The position numbers and the translations under genes are program-made. Shown here piece after piece: positions 18,805 to 29,221 of a DNA stretch of 64,000 nt. Each line of letters begins with the position of its first letter. Within the stretch, counting starts at the first letter, position 1. Under the pieces are notes generated by a model that made no database searches, had not been told where the DNA came from, and saw only the letters and a program-made list of their open reading frames with translations. This stretch comes from an uncultured Maribellus sp. (GTDB taxonomy: Bacteria > Bacteroidota > Bacteroidia > Bacteroidales > Prolixibacteraceae): the NCBI GenBank assembly GCA_964572085.1, contig CAZNEV010000017.1, positions 9,201-73,200 on the forward strand, given 5' to 3'.

Positions 18805-18822
18805 AAAGTAGGTTCACAAAAA

Positions 18823-19977
18823 ATGGCAAAAAGAGATTATTACGAAATATTAGAGGTAAATAAAAACGCTACCCCGGAAGAGATAAAAAAAGCCTATCGG
18901 AAAAAAGCGCTGCAATTTCATCCCGATAAAAATCCGGACAACAAAGAGGCCGAAGAAAAATTTAAAGAAGCTGCCGAGGCCTATGAGGTGCTTAGTAATG
19001 CGGAAAAGAAGCAGCGTTACGATCAGTTTGGCCATGCAGGCGTTGGTGGTGCCGCCGGAGGCGGTTTTGGTGGCGGTTTTACTGATGTTGAAGATATATT
19101 TTCTGCCTTTGGCGATATCTTTGGCGGACATTTTGGTGGTTTTGGCGGATTCAGCGGCGGCAGAAGCCGCGGTGGACGCCGTGTGAGCCGTGGTTCCGAT
19201 TTGCGCGTGAAGGTGAAACTCAACCTCAAAGAAGTAATTGAGGGAGCAGAGAAGAAAATCAAAGTAAAAAAATATGTGGCTTGCGATCATTGCAACGGCA
19301 CCGGAGCGAAAAACTCTTCGGCCTATTCCACTTGCGGTACGTGTCGCGGTTCGGGGCAGGTAACCCGCATTGCCAACACTTTATTGGGACAAATGCAAAC
19401 TTCTTCCACCTGCCCAACCTGTCAGGGCGATGGAAAAGTAATTACCGACAAATGCAAGCATTGTGCCGGCGAAGGCGTGATTACCGATGAGGAAGTAATC
19501 AGCATCAAAATACCTGCAGGGGTTGGCGAAGGAATGCAGCTTAACGTTTCAGGCCGTGGCAATACCGGGCGAAGGGGCGGAATCAACGGTGATTTGTTAG
19601 TGGTAATTGCCGAAGAAGATCATCCTGATTTAGTGCGCGACGGAAACAACCTTATTTATAATTTATTTTTGTCTTTTCCTGAAATTACGCTGGGGACAAC
19701 CTCTGAAATACCAACGGCCGATGGCAAAGTAAAAGTGAAAATTGATGCAGGAACACAACCCGAAAAAATTCTCCGCCTTCGTGGAAAAGGAATTCCTGAT
19801 GTGAACGGATACGGCAAAGGCGATCTTTTGGTAAGGGTGCACGTATGGATACCTAAACACCTTAGCAACGAAGAGAAACGGACCTTGGAGAAACTACAAA
19901 CTTCTCCTGGCTTTCAGGGCGGCCCTTCCGACTCGGAAAAATCATTCTTCGAGAAAATGAAAGATATGTTTGAGTAA
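18823..19977 (+). CDS. dnaJ: Chaperone DnaJ
   Basis: J domain HPD, G/F-rich region, four CxxCxGxG repeats. Confidence 0.97.
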   Translation: MAKRDYYEILEVNKNATPEEIKKAYRKKALQFHPDKNPDNKEAEEKFKEAAEAYEVLSNAEKKQRYDQFGHAGVGGAAGGGFGGGFTDVEDIFSAFGDIFGGHFGGFGGFSGGRSRGGRRVSRGSDLRVKVKLNLKEVIEGAEKKIKVKKYVACDHCNGTGAKNSSAYSTCGTCRGSGQVTRIANTLLGQMQTSSTCPTCQGDGKVITDKCKHCAGEGVITDEEVISIKIPAGVGEGMQLNVSGRGNTGRRGGINGDLLVVIAEEDHPDLVRDGNNLIYNLFLSFPEITLGTTSEIPTADGKVKVKIDAGTQPEKILRLRGKGIPDVNGYGKGDLLVRVHVWIPKHLSNEEKRTLEKLQTSPGFQGGPSDSEKSFFEKMKDMFE

Positions 19978-19999
19978 GAAATTACTCTAAAGGCATTGC

Positions 20000-20527
20000 T
20001 TACTTGTCTTCTTTTTTCTCAGGGATTTTTTCCAATCGTCCATAGTACGAGATGCTCTGCCGGTTCAAACTATTCACCGTTAACGTTGTCGTACCGCTCT
20101 CCGTTATTTGAAAGGAGAAATCCAAAACATCGTTTCGATTTCTTACATGAACATTAATTGTATAGCCATTTTTTGTTTCGGTTGAAACCAAGCTCTCAAT
20201 GGGCTGCTTAAAAGTCATGGGACTTTCTGTGGCACCATAATCAATGCTGTACGCTCGTCCGAAGAAGGGCAGGTAGGAAAAGATGCTGTCGTTTTGAATT
20301 CGCACATCGTAATCCGAAGTTACGTGCACCGCCCGGCCACGCATCGGATTTACCGTTTGCACATCGAAAACAAAAGTTTTGCCTTCGACTAAAGCTTTGG
20401 TATCGGCTTTTTGCAGTTCTAATTTCTCGGTTTTCAATTCTCGTTTTGTTTTCTTCCCGATTTCTTGAGCACTACCATAAATAAAGAAAAAAATAAATAG
20501 TACCGTTGCTATTGTTCTCATGTTCAT
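20000..20527 (-). CDS. DUF4251 family protein
   Basis: Signal peptide; DSIFSYLPFFGRAY; SLNRQSISYYG. Confidence 0.8.
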   Translation of the reverse strand: MNMRTIATVLFIFFFIYGSAQEIGKKTKRELKTEKLELQKADTKALVEGKTFVFDVQTVNPMRGRAVHVTSDYDVRIQNDSIFSYLPFFGRAYSIDYGATESPMTFKQPIESLVSTETKNGYTINVHVRNRNDVLDFSFQITESGTTTLTVNSLNRQSISYYGRLEKIPEKKEDK

Positions 20528-20627
20528 AGATTTAAAATTCTCTATGAATATAACTTTAATTTATGATTATTTGTTCAGGCGGTAGCTTCCTGCAATCGCA
20601 CGTATGCCTCCGGATTTATAAAACTCC

Positions 20628-21368
20628 TTAATTCTCTTGTAAATGATGAACCCGTCTTCTTTCCGACATATCGATTCGTTTTGCCCCCTGGTAAAAGAAT
20701 GTGGCTGCAACGGCCATTAAAACGTGACTTGCTGAAATGTGGTTAAACCATTGATGGGGCGATATTTTGAACATAAAAAAAATGGCAGCCAGCGCAGCGA
20801 ATCCAATTCCGATAAGGATGTTTTTTGATGCTGTATTTTTAGTTTTGACAAATAGAAATCCTTCCAGCGAAAACACCACAAACATTAATCCGTAACCGGA
20901 ATGGAACTCTACAAAGAAAAAATTTAAGGTAGTTATGGTAAGCGTCACGAAAATTAAAAATTCCAATATGTTAATCACCCGAAACACGCTCACTAACGAA
21001 TCGGAAAGCCAGATGCGGGTATGTTCAATGGCCGCACGTTCAACAAACATAATGGCAATCATGCTCATAATCCATCCCGGAAGTTTCCAGTAGAACGAAA
21101 GCTGATACAGAAAAGCATGACCGATTAACCCACCGAAAAGCGTGGCAATTCCCATATTTAAAAAGTAGATTTTGAAATACGTAAACACCTTTTCTTTTTT
21201 TCCTGTTTGATGAATCTTATAGAAAAACAGGAGGCACAAAGCAGAAACTAACAAATCGGTTAGGGTAACTATCGGCTCATCAACCCGGATTCCAAAAATG
21301 TGAATGATGTTTACATGGCAAATGTTCATACTCGTTTTGGTGAGGAGGATAAAGCTAAATATTATCAA
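20628..21368 (-). CDS. Polytopic membrane protein (DUF6962-like; true start probably downstream)
   Basis: EPIVTLTD, GGLIGHAF, WFNHISASHV; about 7 TM. Confidence 0.6.
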   Translation of the reverse strand: MIIFSFILLTKTSMNICHVNIIHIFGIRVDEPIVTLTDLLVSALCLLFFYKIHQTGKKEKVFTYFKIYFLNMGIATLFGGLIGHAFLYQLSFYWKLPGWIMSMIAIMFVERAAIEHTRIWLSDSLVSVFRVINILEFLIFVTLTITTLNFFFVEFHSGYGLMFVVFSLEGFLFVKTKNTASKNILIGIGFAALAAIFFMFKISPHQWFNHISASHVLMAVAATFFYQGAKRIDMSERRRVHHLQEN

Positions 21369-21388
21369 AAGTTGGTGAAATAGCCTGT

Positions 21389-22312
21389 TTATCCGCGGTT
21401 GACTTCTTTTAACGCCTTTTCCATACGTCCGATATAATTATCAATTTGTTCTTCGGTTTCAAATCCAACAATCATCATATTCACCGTGTTGAGGCCTAAC
21501 ACAAAACGCAGCGAATTATCGATTTTTTCACTGTCGTCGCGAAGTTTGCCATTGCCTACCAACTTCATCCCGATTACACCCTTTCCGGCATCGTGTAATT
21601 GTTGGATCACAGCAACCACCTCAGCCGGATCAGGCTTGTCCATGGCAATTCCATAGGGGTTGATCCGGGCATGGAGAACATCCACCCAATCGCTTTTTGC
21701 TGCATCTTTCATGGCATCCAGCGAATGCACCGAAACGCCATGACCACGGATGATTCCTTTGACTTTCAGATTTTCCAAGATGTCCATCTGCCGTTTCTGT
21801 GTCTCTGTCCAGTTTTCGTCAACCATGCAATGAATTTGCACCAAATCGATGTAATCGGTCTTCAGTTCCTTGCGAAACCGTTCCAGCAATACATCAGCAT
21901 CTAACCGTTCAGGCTCGGGAATACCACCGCCGCGCACCCATATTTTTGATGTCAGCGTATAATCTTCGCGGTCTTTTTTTGCCAATGCTTCGGCAACCAA
22001 TGCATGTGTGCCGTACGAATCAGCGCAGTCGAAATTGCGTATCCCGCGGTCGTAAGCATACCGCAGCAAGCTTATACTCTTTTGTTTGTCCTGGCGGGTT
22101 AAAAAAGCCGTGCGGTTTCCGGCATGCACCCCGGTACCGATTCCGAGCAGGGAAGTTCTAATTCCTGATTTTCCCAGGGTAACCCTTTGTAAGGGGTTGT
22201 TCGACGGGTAGAGGCCACTGCCCGCCATCAAAGGATTTAAAAAAAGGAGATGTGCCGTGCCTAAGCCCAAGGCTGTTACAAACTTTCTGCGGTTCATATT
22301 CATTGCTGACAT
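21389..22312 (-). CDS. Aldo/keto reductase with Tat signal
   Basis: NRRKFV; LGKSGI, FDCADSYG, LKTDYIDLVQIH, IGMK. Confidence 0.9.
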   Translation of the reverse strand: MSAMNMNRRKFVTALGLGTAHLLFLNPLMAGSGLYPSNNPLQRVTLGKSGIRTSLLGIGTGVHAGNRTAFLTRQDKQKSISLLRYAYDRGIRNFDCADSYGTHALVAEALAKKDREDYTLTSKIWVRGGGIPEPERLDADVLLERFRKELKTDYIDLVQIHCMVDENWTETQKRQMDILENLKVKGIIRGHGVSVHSLDAMKDAAKSDWVDVLHARINPYGIAMDKPDPAEVVAVIQQLHDAGKGVIGMKLVGNGKLRDDSEKIDNSLRFVLGLNTVNMMIVGFETEEQIDNYIGRMEKALKEVNRG

Positions 22313-22430
22313 AAATATAGCGTTTGATTGTTTCTATTAAACCATTTTCGGGACGATAAGTTTATTTGTTCGCCCAATACAAGGGTTAAAGTTAAGCAAT
22401 GTGTACAAATATTTGAAAATAGAAACAAAA

Positions 22431-23261
22431 TCATCTTCCTGCTTCCATCTTCGGACTTCTCATTTCTTGCTTCCGACTTCCCTGCCTACCCTGCCTACCC
22501 TTTAGGCAGGCAGGCGCCTTCGGTCTTCCGTCATCTGTCTTCCGTCTTCCGTCTTCCGTCTTTCCCACTATCCTCGCCAGAAAATCATAACTCCCGCCTT
22601 TTGCGGCAAGTGTACATTCGAGTCCAAGGCTTGAGGCCAGTTTTTCCAATGTTTCGTAATCCACAAAAAGCCAGTCGAATTTCGAGCTTGATTTCTTGTA
22701 ACTTACTTCATATGTCATTTCACCATAATACTTTGGGTTGGCCAGGTCGAACCACACCGACCCGTCATCTTCCTGAAATAAATATTGAATATTGGTGGAG
22801 TCGATTAAAATCTGCCCGTTTTCTGAAAGAAGGGTTTTTAAATGGGCAAGGAGTTTTTTTAATCCCGAAATGGTTCCCCCAATCCCGGCACCGTTCATCA
22901 AAAGTAAAATAGTGTCGAATTGAACTTCGGAATAGGAGTATATATTTTGACAGACCACCTTTTGAACCCCCCGTTTTTTTAACACCTCAACTGCTAATTC
23001 CGATTTTTCAAGTGCGGTAACGCTGTAACCCTTTTTTTGCAAGACAATTGAATGGCAGCCTGCTGCGGCGCCTACGTCCAGGACTTTGCCTTTGCACATT
23101 TTCAAGGCTGTGGTTTCCACCAGGGGCATCTCCTCTTCGGTTCGGAAAAAATAGGCAGTCGTAATGGTTTCCCCTTCTGTATAATTGCTATTCACGCTAA
23201 TATTTGGAGCCTTTCCCTTTTTAAAATAATCGCGAATTGCTTCGCCAAATGGGTCGTTCAT
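22431..23261 (-). CDS. Class I SAM-dependent methyltransferase (C-terminal ~45 aa encoded by a repeat array)
   Basis: DPFGEAI.DY, KVLDVGAAAGCHS, FDTILLLMNGAG, FDWLFVD. Confidence 0.9.
   Translation of the reverse strand: MNDPFGEAIRDYFKKGKAPNISVNSNYTEGETITTAYFFRTEEEMPLVETTALKMCKGKVLDVGAAAGCHSIVLQKKGYSVTALEKSELAVEVLKKRGVQKVVCQNIYSYSEVQFDTILLLMNGAGIGGTISGLKKLLAHLKTLLSENGQILIDSTNIQYLFQEDDGSVWFDLANPKYYGEMTYEVSYKKSSSKFDWLFVDYETLEKLASSLGLECTLAAKGGSYDFLARIVGKTEDGRRKTDDGRPKAPACLKGRQGRQGSRKQEMRSPKMEAGR
22435..22566. repeat. Period-7 array (CTTCnnn) with a central CCTGCC/GGCAGG hairpin
   Basis: 6 units, then cttc-cctgcctaccctgcctaccctttaggcaggcaggcgc, then 7 units. Confidence 0.85.
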
Positions 23262-23402
23262 GGTTTCAATTTTGCGCGAAGTTAAAACTTATTTTTTTCT
23301 ATTTTTGTAATTGCAATGTCGGCGAGTTCGATTATGGGAATTGATGCCGAAACCGACGAAATGTACTGGCGCGTTCAGCAAACTCAGCAAAATAAAAATG
23401 GT

Positions 23403-24560
23403 ATGATCAGGAAATTGTTGCTTACAGGAACAGGTGTTTATCTGCTTGCATTGTGCTCAATTGCGCAGGATAGCTCGTCGCAATGGCGTGGACCGGACAG
23501 AAAGGGAATTTATTATGAAACAGGATTACTTGAGTCGTGGACCGAAAATGGACCGGAACTACTTTGGAGTTTCGAAGGATTAGGCGCTGGTCATAGTAGT
23601 CCGGGAATTGGAAATAGCAGAATTTTTATTAACGGAATGCCGGATACAACAGGTGTGCTTTATTCATTCGATATGGATGGCAACCTGCTTTGGCAAATGG
23701 GATATGGTGAGGAGTGGCATGTTAATTACACCGGTACAAGATCGACTCCACTTGTGGTTGATGATTTAGTTTACTTAGTTAGTGGAATGGGTGAAGTATT
23801 TTGCTTTAAAGCCGAAACTGGTGATATAGTTTGGTCGGTTGATTTGCTTAAGAAATTTGGAGGTGTAAATATCCAGTGGGGAATAGCAGAGTCGGTGCTG
23901 ATTGATGGTGACAACTTAATATGTACGCCCGGTGGGGTGGAACACAATGTAGTTGCTTTGAATCGGCATACCGGCAAAATCGTATGGAGCAGCAAAGGTT
24001 TTGGAGAGCAGTCGGCATATTGTTCGCCGGTGCTTGTAAAACATAATAACACCCGGCTGGTAATTACAATGACAGAAACATCCGTAATCGGGATTGATGC
24101 GGCAACAGGCGAATTTTATTGGAGGGAAGAACAGTTGCAATCAAATAAAATACATGCAAATACACCGGTTTACGAAAATGGGATTGTTTATATCTCCAGT
24201 GCATCTTCGCGTGAAGGCAAAAGTGGTTTACTGGCTTTGAAATTGTCTGCTGATGGAAAAAATGTTGAGCAACTTTTCAGAAATGAAAATTTTAAAAACC
24301 TGATGGGCGGAATCATTATTCTGGATGGAACGATTTATGGCGCGGAATATCGCACAAAAAATTGGTATTCAGTAAATACGCAAATAATATCTACAAGCAA
24401 TTTTGGTTGGAGTACTTTCATGTTATTTCCGAACGATAAAAGTTCCATTATAAAATCATGCGTAAGGCAAAGGTTCAAGCTGATTTGCAATTCACTTTCA
24501 TTGTCGATTAAAACTTTTTGCGTTTCATGCAAAGGCAGGGTTTTTATGTATTTCCCTTGA
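23403..24560 (+). pseudogene. PQQ-like beta-propeller protein, C-terminally truncated (homology ends ~24381)
   Basis: QWRGPDRKG, GPELLW, RSTPLV, repeated TG..VW blades; the tail after WYSVN is antisense to a WYL fragment. Confidence 0.65.
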
Positions 24561-24780
24561 AATGGATGGAATGACAACACAATGTCCTGCGGATATTCTC
24601 CTTCATTGGGGCTGATGATCCCAAAACAATAGCGGTATTTTTTTTCAACGTCAAAGTCTGTCGGAAAAATGAAAGTCTGTTTTGAGATTTCCAAATTCGA
24701 TAAACGGTCGAGGGCAAAACTCTTTGTTTTATTGTCCTTTAAATCGTTTGCAAGAATGTGCCAGCGGTTTTTAACAGCAG
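24382..24780 (-). pseudogene. WYL/WCX-domain regulator fragment lacking the N-terminal HTH
   Basis: KNRWHILA.D...KSFALDRL, CFGII, QGKYIKTLPLHETQ, DFIMELLSFG..KVLQP. Confidence 0.8.
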
Positions 24781-24856
24781 GCCAGAGCTGCGCCAAAGTA
24801 TGACGTTGGAAAATGTTTTTCAATAATGGTACCTGATAGCGCGGAGCTTCTTCCTT

Positions 24857-24904
24857 GGCAGGCAGGCGTCTTCCGTCTTCCGTCTTCCGTCTTCCAACTT
24901 TCTC
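24857..24904. repeat. GGCAGGCAGG half-hairpin plus a CTTCCGT period-7 array
   Basis: ggcaggcaggcgt-cttccgt x3-cttccaa-ctttctc; similar to 22505-22566. Confidence 0.8.
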
Positions 24905-24905
24905 C

Positions 24906-27389
24906 CTAAAACTTCATCGTCAGCTTTAAATTTATTTTGCGGCTGGTGAGGTAGTTGGGCACTGCAAATTGATCGCCGTAAAGGCTCGATGCCCAAAAGT
25001 AGGAAATGGTGTTGTTGATGTTCAGCAGGTTGAAAACCTCAAGCGTGAGCCACATGTCGTTGATGTGCCGAACAACGTTCCGATTGACCGGCCGGGCGGC
25101 ACTAATCAGTACTTTTGAAAAACCAAGGTCAATTCGTCGGTACGGTGGCATGCGGAAAACATCCTGATAGCGTGCAGAATTGGGCGGACCCGTTGGTAAA
25201 CGAGAACCATAAAACCCCGAGAGCTGCATTTTATACGAAGGATTTCCGGGCAAATAGTCCTGAAAAAACAAACTGAAATTCACCCATTGGTCGGTAGGTC
25301 GCGGAATATAGCCTTGCTCCACCCAAACTTGTTGTCCTTCGGGTCCCATTTCCCAGTGGTCATCGCCAAAAATATCTTCGCGGGAAGTCATGAAGGATAA
25401 ACTTGCCCACGACTGCACACCGCTCACAAATTCACCGTTGATTTTCATGTCTAAACCGGTGGTGTATCCTACAGCCTCCTGTTCAGGCAAATAGCGGATG
25501 CGTACATTATCGATTTGATAAGGGATGAGCCGTTCCATGTATTTGTAATACGCTTCAGACGTAAGCCGGAACGGGCGGTCCCAGGCCGTGAAAATCCAGT
25601 CGGTGCCGGCAACCATCTGGTACGAACGCTGTGCCCTTGGTTTAGAATTCAGTGTTCCGTCCGTGAACATTAACTCCTTATAAAAAGGCGATTGGTGGTA
25701 CATCCCGGCGGAAAGACGGAAGGAAATTTTGTTCTCCCATTCAGGATAATAACTCAACGTGGCCCGGGGGCTAATTAAAAGTTCATTGTTGAAATCCCAG
25801 TAATTGAAACGTACGCCTGCGGTAATATACAAATCGCCGCTATGAATGGGCGCACTCCAGGTATCCTGAATGAAACCGGTGAAACGATTAGAGCCGATTG
25901 AGTTTTTGCTGTTCAAAGTGTGATAAAGTTTCACACGCGAATCGGAATACGGGATAGAGTAGCCGGTGGAGTCCCGGAAAATCCATTCGTTTATTTTATT
26001 GTCGATGGCTTCGTGCTGAAATTTTACGCCCCAATTCAGCAGGTGATTTTCTGAATTGTATGCGCCCCGGTGTGAAAAACTGTAAACCGTGGCATCCAAA
26101 TAATTACGGGCATGATTCAGAAACGAGCCGACACCGAGGTTTAGCACGCTATCGCCAAACTCTTTTGACCCCATATCCCGTTCCAATTGATTCAGGTAGT
26201 AATCGCCTGAAATATCGTAGGTTTCTTTTTCTGTTGCGTAATAAGCCGATGCAATAAACTTGAGGTTCAGGTTGATATTTGGGTGAAAGTTGGCCGAAAA
26301 TGCTCCAAGGTAGGTTTGGAAATCGTCCACTTCCTGCCCGTCGAAATATATTTTTGTGTTGAGTGGCGCATCCCACGTACCAAAAGTAGTTTGGCGCGTT
26401 TGCGGGATAAAATTGTACTGATTTTGAGCTATGTTTCCCAAAAATGAAATATCGAGTTTTGGCGAAACCTGATAGGTAATGTAGGTTTGAAAATCCAAGA
26501 AGTTTGGATCGTATTCGCCTTGTTCGTCCAAAGTCCCCAACAAATAACGGTTGGTTTTATAACGGATTCCGGAGATGTGAGCAAGTTTTCCTTTAAAAGC
26601 CACATCTTCAAAGTGGGCAGTTGCCCCGAGCAGGCTTGCCGATGCCGATCCCCTGAACACGCTGGGTTTACGGTATTTGATATCGAGTACTGACGACATT
26701 TTGTCGCCATATTTTGCATTGAATCCTCCGGCAGAAAACTCGATGGTGGAAACCATGTCGTTGTTGATAAAACTTAATCCTTCCTGTTGTCCTGAACGGA
26801 TTAAAACCGGCCGGTAAATCTCAATATCGTTCACATAAACCATGTTTTCGTCGAAATTTCCGCCACGCACGGTGTATTGTGAGCTCATCTCGTTATTGGT
26901 GGAAACCCCTGGGAGCGTTTTGATTAACGCTTCAACGGCTCCGGTTGCCGAGCTTGGCATAATGTCCACAAACCTCGGATCGATGCTGGTGATGTTCCCA
27001 CTCTGGCGGCGTGACTGGGTAACCACGATTTCAGCCAATTTCAAATCTTTTTCCAGCAGAACAATTTCCCTGAAAAGGCTCTCTTCCACCTTCGCGTTGA
27101 TTGTGTCTAAAACCGAGTTGTAACCCAAAGAGGAATAAACCACCACAATTGGCTTTTGTGCCGGGATGCGCAACGAAAATTCACCGTTTCGGTTTGAACT
27201 TGTTCCCAAAACATAGTCTTTTAGAGCGATGTTGACCATGTCAAGCGGTTTCCCGTTTTGATCAAGAACCTTCCCTTTGAGCGTTGCATTGTTGCTTTGT
27301 CCATAACTTAAATGGGTAAGATGGGTAAGCAGAAGAAAAAACAGATATATTAAAAGCTTGGTTTTCATAAACGGCACAAAACTAATCAT
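24906..27389 (-). CDS. TonB-dependent receptor
   Basis: Carboxypeptidase-regulatory-like N-domain; plug LPGV...SSQYTVRGG..DEN; SAGGF.AKYGDKMSSVLDI; C-terminal Phe. Confidence 0.9.
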   Translation of the reverse strand: MISFVPFMKTKLLIYLFFLLLTHLTHLSYGQSNNATLKGKVLDQNGKPLDMVNIALKDYVLGTSSNRNGEFSLRIPAQKPIVVVYSSLGYNSVLDTINAKVEESLFREIVLLEKDLKLAEIVVTQSRRQSGNITSIDPRFVDIMPSSATGAVEALIKTLPGVSTNNEMSSQYTVRGGNFDENMVYVNDIEIYRPVLIRSGQQEGLSFINNDMVSTIEFSAGGFNAKYGDKMSSVLDIKYRKPSVFRGSASASLLGATAHFEDVAFKGKLAHISGIRYKTNRYLLGTLDEQGEYDPNFLDFQTYITYQVSPKLDISFLGNIAQNQYNFIPQTRQTTFGTWDAPLNTKIYFDGQEVDDFQTYLGAFSANFHPNINLNLKFIASAYYATEKETYDISGDYYLNQLERDMGSKEFGDSVLNLGVGSFLNHARNYLDATVYSFSHRGAYNSENHLLNWGVKFQHEAIDNKINEWIFRDSTGYSIPYSDSRVKLYHTLNSKNSIGSNRFTGFIQDTWSAPIHSGDLYITAGVRFNYWDFNNELLISPRATLSYYPEWENKISFRLSAGMYHQSPFYKELMFTDGTLNSKPRAQRSYQMVAGTDWIFTAWDRPFRLTSEAYYKYMERLIPYQIDNVRIRYLPEQEAVGYTTGLDMKINGEFVSGVQSWASLSFMTSREDIFGDDHWEMGPEGQQVWVEQGYIPRPTDQWVNFSLFFQDYLPGNPSYKMQLSGFYGSRLPTGPPNSARYQDVFRMPPYRRIDLGFSKVLISAARPVNRNVVRHINDMWLTLEVFNLLNINNTISYFWASSLYGDQFAVPNYLTSRKINLKLTMKF

Positions 27390-27568
27390 ACAGATTTATT
27401 ATCAACTTTATATTGATAAATAAATTGTGCCGGAAAGGCTTTTTACCCGTTCAGCAGCTTTTCACGGTTAAAAGAGGAAGATTAGGAAAATAATTTCTTA
27501 AACAAATCACCTTAAGTTAACAGTTTCAATCCTTCTTAATCTGGAAAATGTTGAATCCCAACACCGGA

Positions 27569-29221
27569 TCAAAATCTAAACGAAACCACATCTCCATGCA
27601 CCCGCAGTTTTGGGTGCTGGACAAAAGCCCTGAATTGATATGTTTTCCCGCCGGGTTTCAAGTCTGCTTGCAATTCAAACTTCCCCTTCTTGATTTCAAT
27701 TGTTTCCGTTTGCACCCATTCATCGGAATTTAACTCTTCCGTAAAACCGGCATATTCGCGGTATTCAAAGCCGACTTGCAATTTTTCGGAATCTCCGGTT
27801 TCGGTCAGTTCGCCCGTCAGCATCACTTTTTTAGAATTTCCAATAGGGATGATTTCTGCTTTCCCGGTTTCAATTTGTGGAGCTTTTAATGCGGGTTCAA
27901 CATTCGTAAGTTTCACAACAATAGGATTGGGCCATTTGTGGTTGTTGTAAATCCGCTGTGCGCGAACGCACGAAATATGCACACCATCCGCCTTTTGCTC
28001 CGCGTAGGCGGCGGCATCGGTTGTGGGCTGGTATTCCACCAATTCGCCGGATTGACCCAGAACACTAACTTCGGAATTTTGCGAAAGTTGAACCGATTTC
28101 AGAATGAATTCTTTTCGTGAACCACGCACCCAATCCGGAGTTTTGGTAATTATTGCATATAAGGTTTTTTCTTCCGGTTTCCAGGTGAACCAAATGTTTT
28201 CTTCGTTGGGCAAAACCCAGGGTCTCACTTTTTGCATAGCCTCCTGGTTGATGAAATTCCAGGCTGCCATTTCGCGCAGGTTTTCTTCCTGTTTTTCGGG
28301 AAGCTGCCCGTTGGGTTTCGGACCAACATTTAACAGCAAGTTGCCGCCTTTGGCACGGGTTTCAATCAAGATTTCAATCAATCGCCCTCCCGTTTTGTAT
28401 TCTTCGTTGGTGGGTTTGTAGGCCCATTGCGTACCCATGGTAATGCAAGCCTCCCAAGGTTCATCGGACGAAACGCCCAAAACCGTTTGCTCCGGTGTTT
28501 TCATTGCACCGCGCGTTACCACGATGTCAGGCTGAAGCTCCCAAACGGTTTCTTTGCATTTTTCCTGTAAAGCCCCCTCGCCTCCATCAAAAAAAATAAT
28601 ATCAATCTGGCCATATTTCGCCATGAGTTCCATGCACTGTAATTCAAGTAGCTCAAGGTAGTTTTTCAGGATTTTATCGGGGATGGGTTCCACAAATCTC
28701 CTTCGCACTTGTAATCCGTTTTCGTGCAAAAAATTAAAATCTTCGGGCGAGAAATAAAAACCTACCGCCAAACCTGCTTCCCGTGTTGCTTCCACATATT
28801 CTTTCAGAATGTCTTTTTTATAAGGCATATTCGTAATTTTAAATTCCGTGGTTTGGGTGTCCCACATGCAAAACCCCGAATGATGCTTGGTGGTGAAAAC
28901 GATGTATTTCATGCCGGCAAGTTTGGCTAAGGTTGCCAGCTCCACCGGGTCAAACTGTTTTGGGTTGAAGGTCTTGGGCAATTCGTGGATAAAACGATCG
29001 AGATAATCGTTGGATGCTCCCGCCATGGAATGACTGATAACGATGCCTAATTGGCTGTCGAAACTAAAGTGCACAAACATTCCAAAACCAAGTTCGCTGA
29101 ACCACTTCAAACGCTCGGGTTTGTTCAGGTTAATCGCTTGGGCTTCGGTACTTTCTTGGATTTGTGCCGAAAGGATGCAGGATGTGAAAATAAGCAGGAA
29201 TAGAATTGCGGTTTTTTTCAT
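27569..29221 (-). CDS. Alpha-L-fucosidase (GH29)
   Basis: FGMFVHF, AGMKYIVFTTKHHSGFCMWDT, FFDG, GGNLLLNVGP. Confidence 0.9.
   Translation of the reverse strand: MKKTAILFLLIFTSCILSAQIQESTEAQAINLNKPERLKWFSELGFGMFVHFSFDSQLGIVISHSMAGASNDYLDRFIHELPKTFNPKQFDPVELATLAKLAGMKYIVFTTKHHSGFCMWDTQTTEFKITNMPYKKDILKEYVEATREAGLAVGFYFSPEDFNFLHENGLQVRRRFVEPIPDKILKNYLELLELQCMELMAKYGQIDIIFFDGGEGALQEKCKETVWELQPDIVVTRGAMKTPEQTVLGVSSDEPWEACITMGTQWAYKPTNEEYKTGGRLIEILIETRAKGGNLLLNVGPKPNGQLPEKQEENLREMAAWNFINQEAMQKVRPWVLPNEENIWFTWKPEEKTLYAIITKTPDWVRGSRKEFILKSVQLSQNSEVSVLGQSGELVEYQPTTDAAAYAEQKADGVHISCVRAQRIYNNHKWPNPIVVKLTNVEPALKAPQIETGKAEIIPIGNSKKVMLTGELTETGDSEKLQVGFEYREYAGFTEELNSDEWVQTETIEIKKGKFELQADLKPGGKTYQFRAFVQHPKLRVHGDVVSFRF

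Noticed and set aside
18181..19977. grpE-dnaJ without dnaK
   Set aside because: Usual arrangement in Bacteroidota
22435..22566. Possible CRISPR array
   Set aside because: Units are 7 bp with no unique spacers, and there are no cas genes in the window
22328..22912. 194-aa plus-strand ORF
   Set aside because: Antisense to the methyltransferase and runs through the heptamer array; no family motifs
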